Assembly: GCA_905479865.1 (NCBI GenBank) | Contig: CAJQOD010000006.1 | Location: 7,578-71,577 of the forward strand | Reading direction: 5' to 3' | Source of the DNA: an uncultured Rickettsiaceae bacterium | Lineage (GTDB): Bacteria; Pseudomonadota; Alphaproteobacteria; Rickettsiales; Rickettsiaceae | Length of the DNA: 64,000 bases | Shown here: positions 29,838 through 39,196 of the stretch, piece after piece | Numbering within the stretch: the stretch's first letter is position 1 | Layout of the letters: the number at the start of each line of letters is the position of its first letter | Notes under the pieces: model-generated | Database searches by the model: none | Told to the model about the DNA's origin: nothing | The model's input: only the letters and a program-made list of their open reading frames with translations | Made by a program: the position numbers and the translations under genes

Positions 29838-30872
29838 ATGAAAATACTAGATAACAGGCAGAAAGAAATAATGCAGCTTTGTAGGCAATTAGCACTCTCT
29901 ATCAAGCCAAATACATTTCTCAGAAAAGTTAAAAGTCTGTTTTATAAAGAAAAAATTCCTAATGGTGTATATATGTATGGTAGCGTAGGTAGGGGCAAGA
30001 CCATGCTAATGAAAATGTTCTATGAAGAAGTTCCAGTGAATAAGGAAATTATTCATTTTCAGAAATTCATGCAAGAACTGCATATAAAGCTCCACCTGCT
30101 GCAAGCCAGGTCAGCGCATAGAGTTGTACAGGAGTTAGCTGCAGATATTGCCAGCAAAGCTCAGGTGGTTTGTATGGATGAGTTCGAGATCAAGGACATT
30201 ACGGATGCAATGATTATCATGCGGCTATTTCGGCATTTGGCCAGACGCAGGGTATTTATCTTCTTAACAACCAATATCATGCCGGATGATTTATATAAGG
30301 ATGGCTTGCAGAGAGAATCATTTTTGCCCTTTATCGAGATGATTAAACGGAAATTCCAAATTTTATATTTAGATACTGATAAAGATTATAGATACGATTC
30401 CCTGGTAAATATAAAAAACAGAATTTTGTATCCTGCCAGTGACAAAACGCATGAAGAGATAAAAGGGATAAAGCAGGAGCTTTGTGATGAGGCAGAACTC
30501 TCCAGGGCGAATGTAAAGGTGTTTGGTCGAGAGATAAATTTTAAGCAAGCTCATCAAAATATTTTATTTACAAATTTTGACGAGTTGTTCAGTCGCGATT
30601 TAGGCTATGCGGATTATGTGAGTATTTGCGAGCATTTTAAAATTATTGTACTGGAATCGGCCAGAATAATCGCCGAGGATGAGATGAGTATCATTACACG
30701 TTTTATCAATTTTATTGATAATGCATATTTTTATAAAGTGCTATTATTTATGGAAATTGAGTGTGACCCTGTGCAAATATATACAAAAGGAAAAAGAATA
30801 GGGGAGTTTGCCCGTACAATCTCCAGATTGAAAGAGATGAACTCCCCTGATTATTTAAACGAAGATTTATGA
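29838..30872 (+). CDS. zapE: AFG1/ZapE family ATPase
   Basis: GVYMYGSVGRGKTMLM, DEF.I.DI.DAM, LYKDGLQR, RTISRL.EM. Confidence 0.93.
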   Translation: MKILDNRQKEIMQLCRQLALSIKPNTFLRKVKSLFYKEKIPNGVYMYGSVGRGKTMLMKMFYEEVPVNKEIIHFQKFMQELHIKLHLLQARSAHRVVQELAADIASKAQVVCMDEFEIKDITDAMIIMRLFRHLARRRVFIFLTTNIMPDDLYKDGLQRESFLPFIEMIKRKFQILYLDTDKDYRYDSLVNIKNRILYPASDKTHEEIKGIKQELCDEAELSRANVKVFGREINFKQAHQNILFTNFDELFSRDLGYADYVSICEHFKIIVLESARIIAEDEMSIITRFINFIDNAYFYKVLLFMEIECDPVQIYTKGKRIGEFARTISRLKEMNSPDYLNEDL

Positions 30873-31576
30873 GTTTCCAGATGATGAATTTTGACAGACC
30901 CAAATTTATTACTTTTGAAGGCGGTGAGGGGAGCGGTAAATCTACTCAAAGCAAAATGCTACATGAGTATTTACTGTCAAAGGGTATAAAAACTATACAT
31001 ACCAGAGAAGTTGGTGGCACAGTAGAAGCTGAGAAAATTCGCAATTTACTGATTTATTCTGAATTAATGTCAATGTCAGAGCTACTATTGGTAATGGCTG
31101 CGCGTTATGAGCATATAAATAAAGTAATTATACCGGCATTACTTGAAGGTAGTTGGGTGATATGTGATCGCTTTGTTGACTCGACTGCCTGTTACCAATC
31201 TGGAGAATCAGGTTTAACATTAGAGGATATATATCAACTGCATAAAAAACTGATGACAGCTAACTGCGATAATGAAGCTGAAAACACCGCTTATCCAAAA
31301 GTTAGGATTCGTAAGTTTGTTTCGCAAGGCATCATGCCGGATTTGACATTCTTTATGGATATTCCACCTGAGCTGGGACTTAAAAGGGTAGCGGCCAGAG
31401 GCGATGCAAATAAGTTTGAGAGTAAAAATATTTCCTTCCACCGTAAAATATATAAGCGTTTCAAAAGCATTGAATCTATGTACCCAGATCGATTCCTGCC
31501 CATAGAATGTATTGACAAAACTATTAAAGAAATACATGAGGATATTCTTGATAAAATTTTTCATACCAATATTTGA
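30869..31576 (+). CDS. tmk: Thymidylate kinase
   Basis: FITFEGGEGSGKSTQ, TRE.GG, ICDRF.DST.CYQ, PDLTF. Confidence 0.95.
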   Translation: MSFQMMNFDRPKFITFEGGEGSGKSTQSKMLHEYLLSKGIKTIHTREVGGTVEAEKIRNLLIYSELMSMSELLLVMAARYEHINKVIIPALLEGSWVICDRFVDSTACYQSGESGLTLEDIYQLHKKLMTANCDNEAENTAYPKVRIRKFVSQGIMPDLTFFMDIPPELGLKRVAARGDANKFESKNISFHRKIYKRFKSIESMYPDRFLPIECIDKTIKEIHEDILDKIFHTNI

Positions 31577-31653
31577 AATTAAAAGCTAAAGAAGCGATTT
31601 TACGTGGAACTTACGCCGTACCTACTGTCGAATAGATTGCGAGCCTCTTCCTT

Positions 31654-31826
31654 CGTGTTATTGCGAAGGAGCTACTATCGACTGCAGCAATTCATTTATC
31701 ATTTAAGGATTTAAGAACATTATTTTGAATCTCTTGCAGTATACAAGCTAAGTTCTGCCAGAGGGTCTTAGTTCAGCTAGAGATATCAGGTAGATTGCCG
31801 CACCCCTAAAGGGGTTCGCAATGACG
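31654..31826. repeat. RPE/REP-like ~170-bp element, copy 2 (inverted relative to copy 1)
   Basis: Degenerate left end GTTATTGCGAAGG..GCAGCAATTC; right end TAGATTGCCGCACCCCTAAAGGGGTTCGCAATGACG; interior is the reverse complement of the 20790-20890 interior. Confidence 0.78.
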
Positions 31827-31949
31827 ATATTGTTTTCTTTTTCGTCTACTTGTAAGGGAAAACCAGCGACTGTGGCAGCTCACTCATCGTCGCAAAATTA
31901 AAGTTTCATATAATTTAGTGTATCTATTAATGGGGTTAAAAATCACTAT

Positions 31950-31978
31950 TTGACATCGTAATTTAATGAGCATAGGAT
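31950..31978 (+). promoter_or_regulatory. Sigma70 promoter for the riboswitch-MFS transcript
   Basis: TTGACA (31950) - 17 bp - TAGGAT (31973), about 10 nt before the riboswitch. Confidence 0.7.
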
Positions 31979-31987
31979 GCATTCATT

Positions 31988-32116
31988 AATACCAGAGGTG
32001 CTTTTAGAGGTGCTGAAACTGATTCATATTTAAATTTGTGAATTGGTTTTTGTCTTCTTAAGGCTGAGATAATACTCTTATAACCTGCTCCAGGATAATG
32101 CCTGCGTAGGGAGGTA
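31988..32116 (+). ncRNA. TPP riboswitch (THI element)
   Basis: AGAGGTGC...GCTGAGA..ACTCT..ACCTG.TCCAGGATAATGCCTGCGTAGGGA consensus; P1 TACC/GGTA; long P3. Confidence 0.93.
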
Positions 32117-32209
32117 AAGATTCAGTTGTTTCAGGATATGGCTAATGCTGTAATATCTGAGGCGTCTTCTCTGGTATTTGAATTTTAAACAAAATACCGG
32201 AGGGCTTAT

Positions 32210-33424
32210 ATGCAATATTTTTCTAAAAAAGATTTCATTATTCTGCTTGGTAATGCTGTTGACCATTTTGATACCTCAATATATTTTTTCCTGGCTCCTG
32301 TTATAGCACCATTGTTTTTCCCGCATTCTGATCCTGTAGTCGCTTTGATCATGGCATACGGCATACTTGCTACATCCATAGTAACCAGACCGGTTGGCAC
32401 ATATGTATTTGGTATGATTGCAAAAGATAGTGGGCCATCTAAAGCTCTTTCACATTCATTGATTGGAGTTGGTATGGCAACGCTGATGATTGGCGTGTTA
32501 CCGGACTATCATACTATTGGTATAATGGCTCCAATTTTGCTAGTTATATTCAGGATTTTTAGAGAGGTTTTTGCAGCTGGTGAGAGTGCAATTGCAAAAT
32601 TATATATTTTGCAGGATAAACCGGAAAAAGAAGCATTCAGAAGCTCTTATCTATACCAGACATCAACAATTTTCGGTAGTGTACTGGCGTCACTTGCTGC
32701 AACATTCGTGCATTATCTTGATATCGCAAATGGCTGGAGAGGAGTTTATTTTCTCGGTGGATCTGCTGCAATTATTGGCTATATTTTACGCAGGGTTTCT
32801 ATTGTAATACCCGAGAGGCACTCTAAAAAACTGCTTGAATTTTATGGACATGGTGGCATAAAAATCTTATGGAATCATAAAATTGATCTGCTGCGTATAG
32901 CGATTGTCAATAGTTTTTCTCACCTCACTTATGTTATTCCGTTTGTAACAATGAACCATTTGATACCTCTGATTACTGACATTGAACTGAAAACCATGAT
33001 GGCAATCAACAGTTTTATGCTAGTGTTCGATATGGTTGCCATACCTTTTATAGGCAGGAATATTGCTCGCTTTAATCCAAATGCTGTTATGATAATTTCC
33101 AGTTCGGTATTAGCACTTACTATTATTCCGGTGTGGTATTTTATTGAAAATGCTTCACTGGCTTATATTACTTTTGTCCGGTTCTGGATAGTGATTTGGG
33201 GTATAGTATTTTTATGCCCTTTAAATTTATGGTGTAGTGATCAAATAAAAGGCAGTGAGAGATACATGATTGTTGGCATGGGAACAACCCTGGGAGCAAG
33301 CGCAATAGGTAAATTGACGCCGTCAATTTGCCTTGCATTATATTATGCTACAGAATCTTATATGTCAATTGCACTCTATATAGCCTGCATGTTTACTGTA
33401 GCAATATTTGTAATAAAAAACTAA
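32210..33424 (+). CDS. MFS transporter (ProP/MHS-like), TPP-riboswitch controlled
   Basis: GN.VDHFD..IY.FLAP.IAPLFFP, RPVG..VFG, LP.Y..IG..AP; about 12 TMs. Confidence 0.9.
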   Translation: MQYFSKKDFIILLGNAVDHFDTSIYFFLAPVIAPLFFPHSDPVVALIMAYGILATSIVTRPVGTYVFGMIAKDSGPSKALSHSLIGVGMATLMIGVLPDYHTIGIMAPILLVIFRIFREVFAAGESAIAKLYILQDKPEKEAFRSSYLYQTSTIFGSVLASLAATFVHYLDIANGWRGVYFLGGSAAIIGYILRRVSIVIPERHSKKLLEFYGHGGIKILWNHKIDLLRIAIVNSFSHLTYVIPFVTMNHLIPLITDIELKTMMAINSFMLVFDMVAIPFIGRNIARFNPNAVMIISSSVLALTIIPVWYFIENASLAYITFVRFWIVIWGIVFLCPLNLWCSDQIKGSERYMIVGMGTTLGASAIGKLTPSICLALYYATESYMSIALYIACMFTVAIFVIKN

Positions 33425-34022
33425 AGATTTTATAAATAGTATAATATTAAAAATATAAATATTTAGTTTAAATAATTTTAATAATAAAAATTTTAATTTT
33501 ATTATTAATAATCCACTAAAATTACAATTAGTAATTATAATTTTATTTAAGATTTATTTTATATAAAAATAAAGAAATTTATTAGAATTATTGGTCACTA
33601 ACTTGTTGGTTACTAGTACTGTTAATTCTTATAAAATAATAGTATTATCTATTTTATTTAACTATTTTTTATAATATAATTCTATAATTAAATTAATATT
33701 TTATTGTTATTATATAATAAATTTATTATCTTTATGGTATTAAAAAGTTAAATTATTATAACTTTATAGTTATAATAAAATAGTGGTGTTATTACCTTGT
33801 ATAATAAATTAACTATCTTATTTTATCCTAAATTATATTGTATTAAAGTAAATATATTTTAAGAAATGATGCCATACTCTACATGCGAATTTAAATGACC
33901 TTGTTTAAAATGATAAGAGTTAAGTTCAATCTATTTATATAAAGCAACAATTAGATGCATATTCTTTGCTTTTGTAGAGCTTCAGGAGTATAAATAGTGA
34001 GGATAAGAAGATAATCTGAACT

Positions 34023-35578
34023 ATGCAGCAGGAGCAGGAATCTCAAGAAGTATCGCCTAAGACCATTTTGGCTTTTTTTGCGATGGTTGTTGGAATGTTT
34101 ATGGCAATTCTGGATATTCAGATTGTCGCTAGTTCCCTGTCAGTAATTGCAGCTGGCTTGTCAGCTTCTGGAGATGAGCTATCCTGGATTCAAACCTCAT
34201 ATTTAATTGCTGAAGTCATTATTATTCCAATAACGGGATTTGCTGCACGTCTGCTATCTACCAGGATTTCATATTTTATTGCTGCATTTGGCTTCACCGT
34301 AATGAGTGTTTTATGTGCTCTTGCCTGGAACATTGAATCGATGATTATTTTCAGAGCATTGCAAGGTTTTTTCGGTGGAGCTATGATACCGACCGCATTT
34401 GGTGCGGTATTTGTTATTTTTCCCAAGCGAATGCATGGCAAAGTCACTATGATTATAGGTTTAGTGGTCACTGTAGCACCGACAATCGGCCCGACTCTTG
34501 GCGGATATATTACTGAGGCTATTTCCTGGCATTTTATGTTTTTGCTTAATGTGATACCTGGAATTTTTGTCTGTACGACTGTATTCCGGTATGTAGATTT
34601 TGATAAACCCAATTATAAATTGCTCAAAAATTTTGATTTTCTTGGTATTCTTTTGATGATATTAAGCCTTGGTTCTTTGCAATACGTGCTAGAAGAAGGA
34701 AATAAAAAGGATTGGCTACAAGATAATCATTTATTATTCCTTTCTATATTGGTTGTTGTTACTTTCGTGTGGCTGTTAATCCGGGAGCTAACTTGCAGGA
34801 ATCCGATTATTGATTTAAGTGCGTTTAAAAATAAGAATTTTAGTTTTGGCTGTGTTTACTCGTTCATACTTGGAGTGGGTCTATATGGCAGTGTGTATTT
34901 GTTACCATTATTCCTTTTTACAATACTGGCTATAATACCCTGCAAATTGGCATTACAATGATAGTAACCGGTGTTTTTCAATTTGTATCTGCACCACTTG
35001 CCGGCAAAATGTTTGATTCTGGAATGGATAAGAGAATTATTTTAACAATTGGCTTTGCCACGTTTGCTTATGGCTGTTATTTAAATAGCTTTTTAACAGC
35101 AGACGCTGCCTATTGGGAGTTGTTTATCCCACAGATGGTTAGAGGTTTGGCACTGATGTTCTGCTTTATGCCAATTAATGATTTGGCTCTTGGCACAATG
35201 CCTAAAGATGAGGTTCAGAATGCCAGTGGCCTTTATAACCTTACCAGAAATTTGGGAGGAGCAATCGGTCTTGCGATTATCAATAGCCTTATTATCTCAA
35301 AATCCCAAATTTATGCACAAAGCATGAAGGATAATATGCCGATTACTTCACCGCAAGTACAGGAGCGACTGGAATTTTTTACTCAATCTTTGATTGGTAG
35401 AGTGAATGATCCTGAAACAGCAGCATTTCAATTATTGGATAATGTGGTGATGCGTGAGGCTTTTGTAATTGCAATTAACAATGTGTTTGTTATCATTGCT
35501 ATGTTATTTTGTATGGGAATGATATTAATTCCATTTTCTTCAACTCCAAAGATGGAAACTAGCGCACATGCTCATTAA
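34023..35578 (+). pseudogene. emrB: DHA2/EmrB family MFS efflux permease split by a 1-nt frameshift
   Basis: FMAILDIQIVASSL, SWIQTSYL, ASGLYNLTRNLGGAIG; the two ORFs join as LPLFLF..GYNTLQIGITMIVTG if 1 nt is added near 34915-34927. Confidence 0.8.
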
Positions 35579-36032
35579 GCTTATTTTGTTTTTTATATCA
35601 ATTGCTGTTTGGACTGGTCTTACTGGATTTCACGCAGAGCCGCAACTCGTAATTTTTATGTTTGTAGCACCGCTGCTTGCTTTTATTTTTGCACTTAAGC
35701 TCAAATTATTACCCGATAAAAATGCTTTTAAAATCGGTAGCGTAGTTTATTTTATTTGGCTGTTGAAAGAGATATTAATGTCTGCTATTGCGGTTGTAAA
35801 AATTGCCTGTCGTAAAAACTTAAGGATTCAGCCGGTTTTGGAGCCTATAAAATCTATCCAAAAAACAAATATGGGAATTGTTACGTATGCAAATTCAATA
35901 ACGTTAACGCCAGGTACGGTAACTCTATCTGTAGAAGGTAATACACTTCTTGTACATGCTCTTGATTTAAAATTTATGCATGATCTGCAAGAAGGCGAAA
36001 TGGATAATAAAATTAAAAAAGTAATAAAATAA
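35568..36032 (+). CDS. mnhE: Na+/H+ antiporter subunit E
   Basis: ANSITLTPGTVTL, LLVHAL. Confidence 0.92.
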   Translation: MLIKLILFFISIAVWTGLTGFHAEPQLVIFMFVAPLLAFIFALKLKLLPDKNAFKIGSVVYFIWLLKEILMSAIAVVKIACRKNLRIQPVLEPIKSIQKTNMGIVTYANSITLTPGTVTLSVEGNTLLVHALDLKFMHDLQEGEMDNKIKKVIK

Positions 36033-36034
36033 AT

Positions 36035-36307
36035 ATGTTAAATATCTGCTTGATTCTTGTACTGATTTTTTCTGCCATAGTTATCTGCGGAGCTTTCCTG
36101 CAACGGGATATCTTTATTAAATTACTATTTCTCAATACCGGTACAAGCATAGCTGCTTTGTTTATCTGTTTCCTTGGTTCCTTTAAGGTTAATAGCTCGT
36201 ATATTGATATTGCTCTTATCTATTTCCTGTTAAGTGTGGTTGCAACAAATGCATATCTGAAATATTTCCTGCAAAAACATAAAAATGAAACCCCTGATGT
36301 ATCCTAG
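36035..36307 (+). CDS. mnhF: Monovalent cation/H+ antiporter subunit F
   Basis: 3 TMs, YIDIALIY.LL; follows mnhE. Confidence 0.82.
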   Translation: MLNICLILVLIFSAIVICGAFLQRDIFIKLLFLNTGTSIAALFICFLGSFKVNSSYIDIALIYFLLSVVATNAYLKYFLQKHKNETPDVS

Positions 36308-37451
36308 AATAACTATCCTTGGCTGCGGGCTAAGTGGTATGATTACCGCACTTGGTTTTGCAAGTCATAATATTGCAACTACTATAATTGAAGGCCGTTC
36401 CAGTGATCATAAGGATTTTTTCAGTGATATCAGGACAACTGCCCTGACTTCGTATTCAAAAAGTTTTTTTAAAAATATTGGTATTTGGGACGGGCTTGCA
36501 AAAATATCCGGCCCTTTTAATGATATTTACGTAGCTGACAATAAAGCTCCAGAAATGCTGCATTTTGCTTCATCAGAGCTTGAAGCAGGAGAAGTAATGG
36601 GACATTTAGTACAAAACACTGACTTTAAAAAAGCTTTGTTTGGCTTTGTATCGGCTAGTAAATTAATTAATGTAGTTGAAGATAGCTCGTATGAAATAAC
36701 TAAAAATACTCCACAGGAGTGTAAGTTAATTTTAAATGATAAAACCAAACACGAATGTGATTTGCTTGTCGTTTGTGATGGGCGCAGGTCACAAGCAAGA
36801 CAGAAATATTTTAGTATTGATACAGAAAAGTCATATAATCAGCACGCAATAACATTTATTGTTCATCATGAAAAATTGCATGAAGGTACTGCAGTTGAAC
36901 ACTTTATGCCAACCGGGCCATTTGCCATATTACCTCTTAAAGATCAGAATTTTTCTTCAGTTGTGTGGACAATCGATTCAGATAAGAAAGATGCGATTAT
37001 AAATCTTCCAGGAGATGAGTTTACATATCTGGTTCAGCAGAATTTTGGTGAATTTCTTGGTAAGGTAAAAATAAGAGGAGAAGTTGCGGCATTTCCTCTT
37101 ATAGCCTATGAGACAAAGCAATATTATAACAAAAAAATTGTCCTGGTTGCAGATACTGCGCATATTGTGCATCCATTGGCAGGGCAGGGATTAAACCAGG
37201 GAATTAAAGATATTGCCGGTTTAATTTCACTTGTGCTGGAATATGGAGCTAGCCCGTATATGCTTGCGCAATATCAAAAACTACGCAGAAGCGATAATAA
37301 TAATATGCTTGAAATAACTGATACCATAAATGCAGTGTTTTCTAATCAGTCCAAATTGTTGCATGGTGCGCGCCAGGTCGGTTTTAAAATCATAGAACAA
37401 GTCTCTCCTTTTAAAAAACTACTCATCAAATATGCAATGGGCAAAAGATAA
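36297..37451 (+). CDS. ubiH: UbiH/UbiF/VisC family FAD-dependent hydroxylase
   Basis: G.GLSG FAD motif, CDGRRS, F.PTGPFAILP, AH.VHPLAGQGLNQG. Confidence 0.88.
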   Translation: MYPRITILGCGLSGMITALGFASHNIATTIIEGRSSDHKDFFSDIRTTALTSYSKSFFKNIGIWDGLAKISGPFNDIYVADNKAPEMLHFASSELEAGEVMGHLVQNTDFKKALFGFVSASKLINVVEDSSYEITKNTPQECKLILNDKTKHECDLLVVCDGRRSQARQKYFSIDTEKSYNQHAITFIVHHEKLHEGTAVEHFMPTGPFAILPLKDQNFSSVVWTIDSDKKDAIINLPGDEFTYLVQQNFGEFLGKVKIRGEVAAFPLIAYETKQYYNKKIVLVADTAHIVHPLAGQGLNQGIKDIAGLISLVLEYGASPYMLAQYQKLRRSDNNNMLEITDTINAVFSNQSKLLHGARQVGFKIIEQVSPFKKLLIKYAMGKR

Positions 37452-38161
37452 TGCTAAAACCGGTATTCTCTGCTGTGATTAACTATATTTTACCTTACAG
37501 ATGTGCCTCATGCTCTGAATTGACTAAAGAGCAAAACGGAATTTGTGCTACGTGTTTTCAAAAATTGAATTTTATTACTTCTCCATACTGCAATATATGC
37601 GGATTTCCATTTGAATTTGTTATAGAAGGACAGTTTTCTTGTGGAAAATGCATTGCTGTGCTGCCAAAGTACGATTTAGCCAGAAGTCTATTCAAGTTTG
37701 ATCAGCAAAGTAAGAACTTAGTATATGCTTTTAAATATAATGATCAAACCAATCATGCTAAAATATTTGCCAAACTTTTGCTCGCTAGATACAAGCAGGA
37801 TATTGGGGATATTGATGTGATTGCGCCAGTTCCTATGCATCGTTTTAAAAGACTGATCAGGAATTATAATCCTGCGCAAATACTAGGTAAGGAAATCTCC
37901 AGACTTCTGGATAAACCGATGCTACCGGATTTACTAATAAAAACTAGATGGACCAGGCCGCAAACCGGTCTTAGCAAATCCCGGCGCATACGGAATCTTG
38001 TAGGATCAATTAAAATGAATGGTAAACGCAATATTAAAGGCCAAAATGTCTTGCTTATTGACGATGTCAGGACAACAGAAACAACCGGTAATACTTGCAG
38101 CTTGGTGCTAAAAGAAGCCGGCGTGAAAAGCGTTAAACTGGTGACGATCGGTATGACTTAG
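37451..38161 (+). CDS. comF: ComF family protein (double zinc ribbon + PRT domain)
   Basis: Four CxxC pairs, FKY, PVPMH..R.YN, LLIDDV.TT. Confidence 0.9.
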   Translation: MLKPVFSAVINYILPYRCASCSELTKEQNGICATCFQKLNFITSPYCNICGFPFEFVIEGQFSCGKCIAVLPKYDLARSLFKFDQQSKNLVYAFKYNDQTNHAKIFAKLLLARYKQDIGDIDVIAPVPMHRFKRLIRNYNPAQILGKEISRLLDKPMLPDLLIKTRWTRPQTGLSKSRRIRNLVGSIKMNGKRNIKGQNVLLIDDVRTTETTGNTCSLVLKEAGVKSVKLVTIGMT

Positions 38162-38227
38162 GAGAAATTGATATATACGAAACATTGTAGTTTACTGTAT
38201 TCTCATTTGTCGGGACATTCTTACAAT

Positions 38228-38350
38228 TTATGGATTGCTTCGCTTACGCTCGCAATGACGGAACAATCTTTCAAGAAAATTTATATTTAACAATAACCAA
38301 CTTAATTTGCAAAGAAACGTCATTGCGAGCGTAAGCGAAGCAATCCATAA
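38228..38350. repeat. Perfect 33-bp inverted repeat pair of RPE/REP-like units
   Basis: TTATGGATTGCTTCGCTTACGCTCGCAATGACG (38228-38260) and its exact reverse complement (38318-38350), with a 57-bp spacer. Confidence 0.92.
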
Positions 38351-38428
38351 CACAGGTACTACGGGGTTTACCTGTGAGTATCCATTGAACATCTCAGTAA
38401 GTGAAAATTTTGTGATGACTCAACTAAA

Positions 38429-39184
38429 TTACTTGATATTTTTCCAGGTACGCTTTTTGGCTATGAAAAATAACACAGTAAATATTGCCAGGAAAATCAT
38501 AACTTTCAGCCCCATGGATTTCCGATGTTCCATTTCAGGTTCAGCTGCCCATTGCAGGAATATAGTAACGTCTCTTGCCATTTGCTCAAGTGTTGCAGGT
38601 GTGCCATCCATGAATCCCACCTGTTCTGCAGTTAGTGGAGGAGGCATGGCAATCTGTCCGCCTTCAAAATACGGATTATAACTTAATCCAGGCATTAAGT
38701 GGACATCTTCGGGAGCTTCTGCATAGCCTGTTAATATTGAAAATAGATGATTGGCTCCATCTTCTCTTGCTTTAACAATTAAAGATAAATCAGCAGGGAA
38801 TGCTCCATTATTTGACGCTCTTGCTGCGGCCTCGTTTGTGTAAGGAGGTACAAAAGCATCTGCGGGAAGAGCAGGGCGTTCAAACATGTCGCCCAGATCA
38901 TCTGGCCCATCAATGACAGTTTTTTCTTTGGCAATTGCTTTGATTTCAGCTTCACTAAAACCTATCTCCTGCAAATTACGGTAATATAGATGTTGCATGC
39001 CATGGCAAGCGGAACAAACTTCTAAATATACCTGAGCTCCCCTTTGAGCAGCCTGACGATCAAAAGTACCGAATAATCCTTCAAAAGGCCACCACATCTG
39101 TTTTGGTTTCCGAGCATCAGAAGAGGCGTAGCTATTAGCAGCTAGAAAAATAATTAGTATGATAGTCAGAATTTTATTATACAT
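38429..39184 (-). CDS. petC: Cytochrome c1
   Basis: QRG.QVY.EVCSACH, YNPYF.GGQIAMPPPL, WAAEP. Confidence 0.97.
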   Translation of the reverse strand: MYNKILTIILIIFLAANSYASSDARKPKQMWWPFEGLFGTFDRQAAQRGAQVYLEVCSACHGMQHLYYRNLQEIGFSEAEIKAIAKEKTVIDGPDDLGDMFERPALPADAFVPPYTNEAAARASNNGAFPADLSLIVKAREDGANHLFSILTGYAEAPEDVHLMPGLSYNPYFEGGQIAMPPPLTAEQVGFMDGTPATLEQMARDVTIFLQWAAEPEMEHRKSMGLKVMIFLAIFTVLFFIAKKRTWKNIK

Positions 39185-39196
39185 AATTATTGCTTA

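Noticed and set aside
31791-31826. 36-bp repeats as possible CRISPR repeats
   Set aside because: Copies are dispersed or inverted, not regularly spaced, and there are no cas genes
32078-32266. 62-aa minus-strand ORF over the MFS leader
   Set aside because: Antisense to the riboswitch and its expression platform; better explained as non-coding
38307-38681. 124-aa plus-strand ORF
   Set aside because: Starts inside a repeat and is antisense to petC, so a shadow ORF
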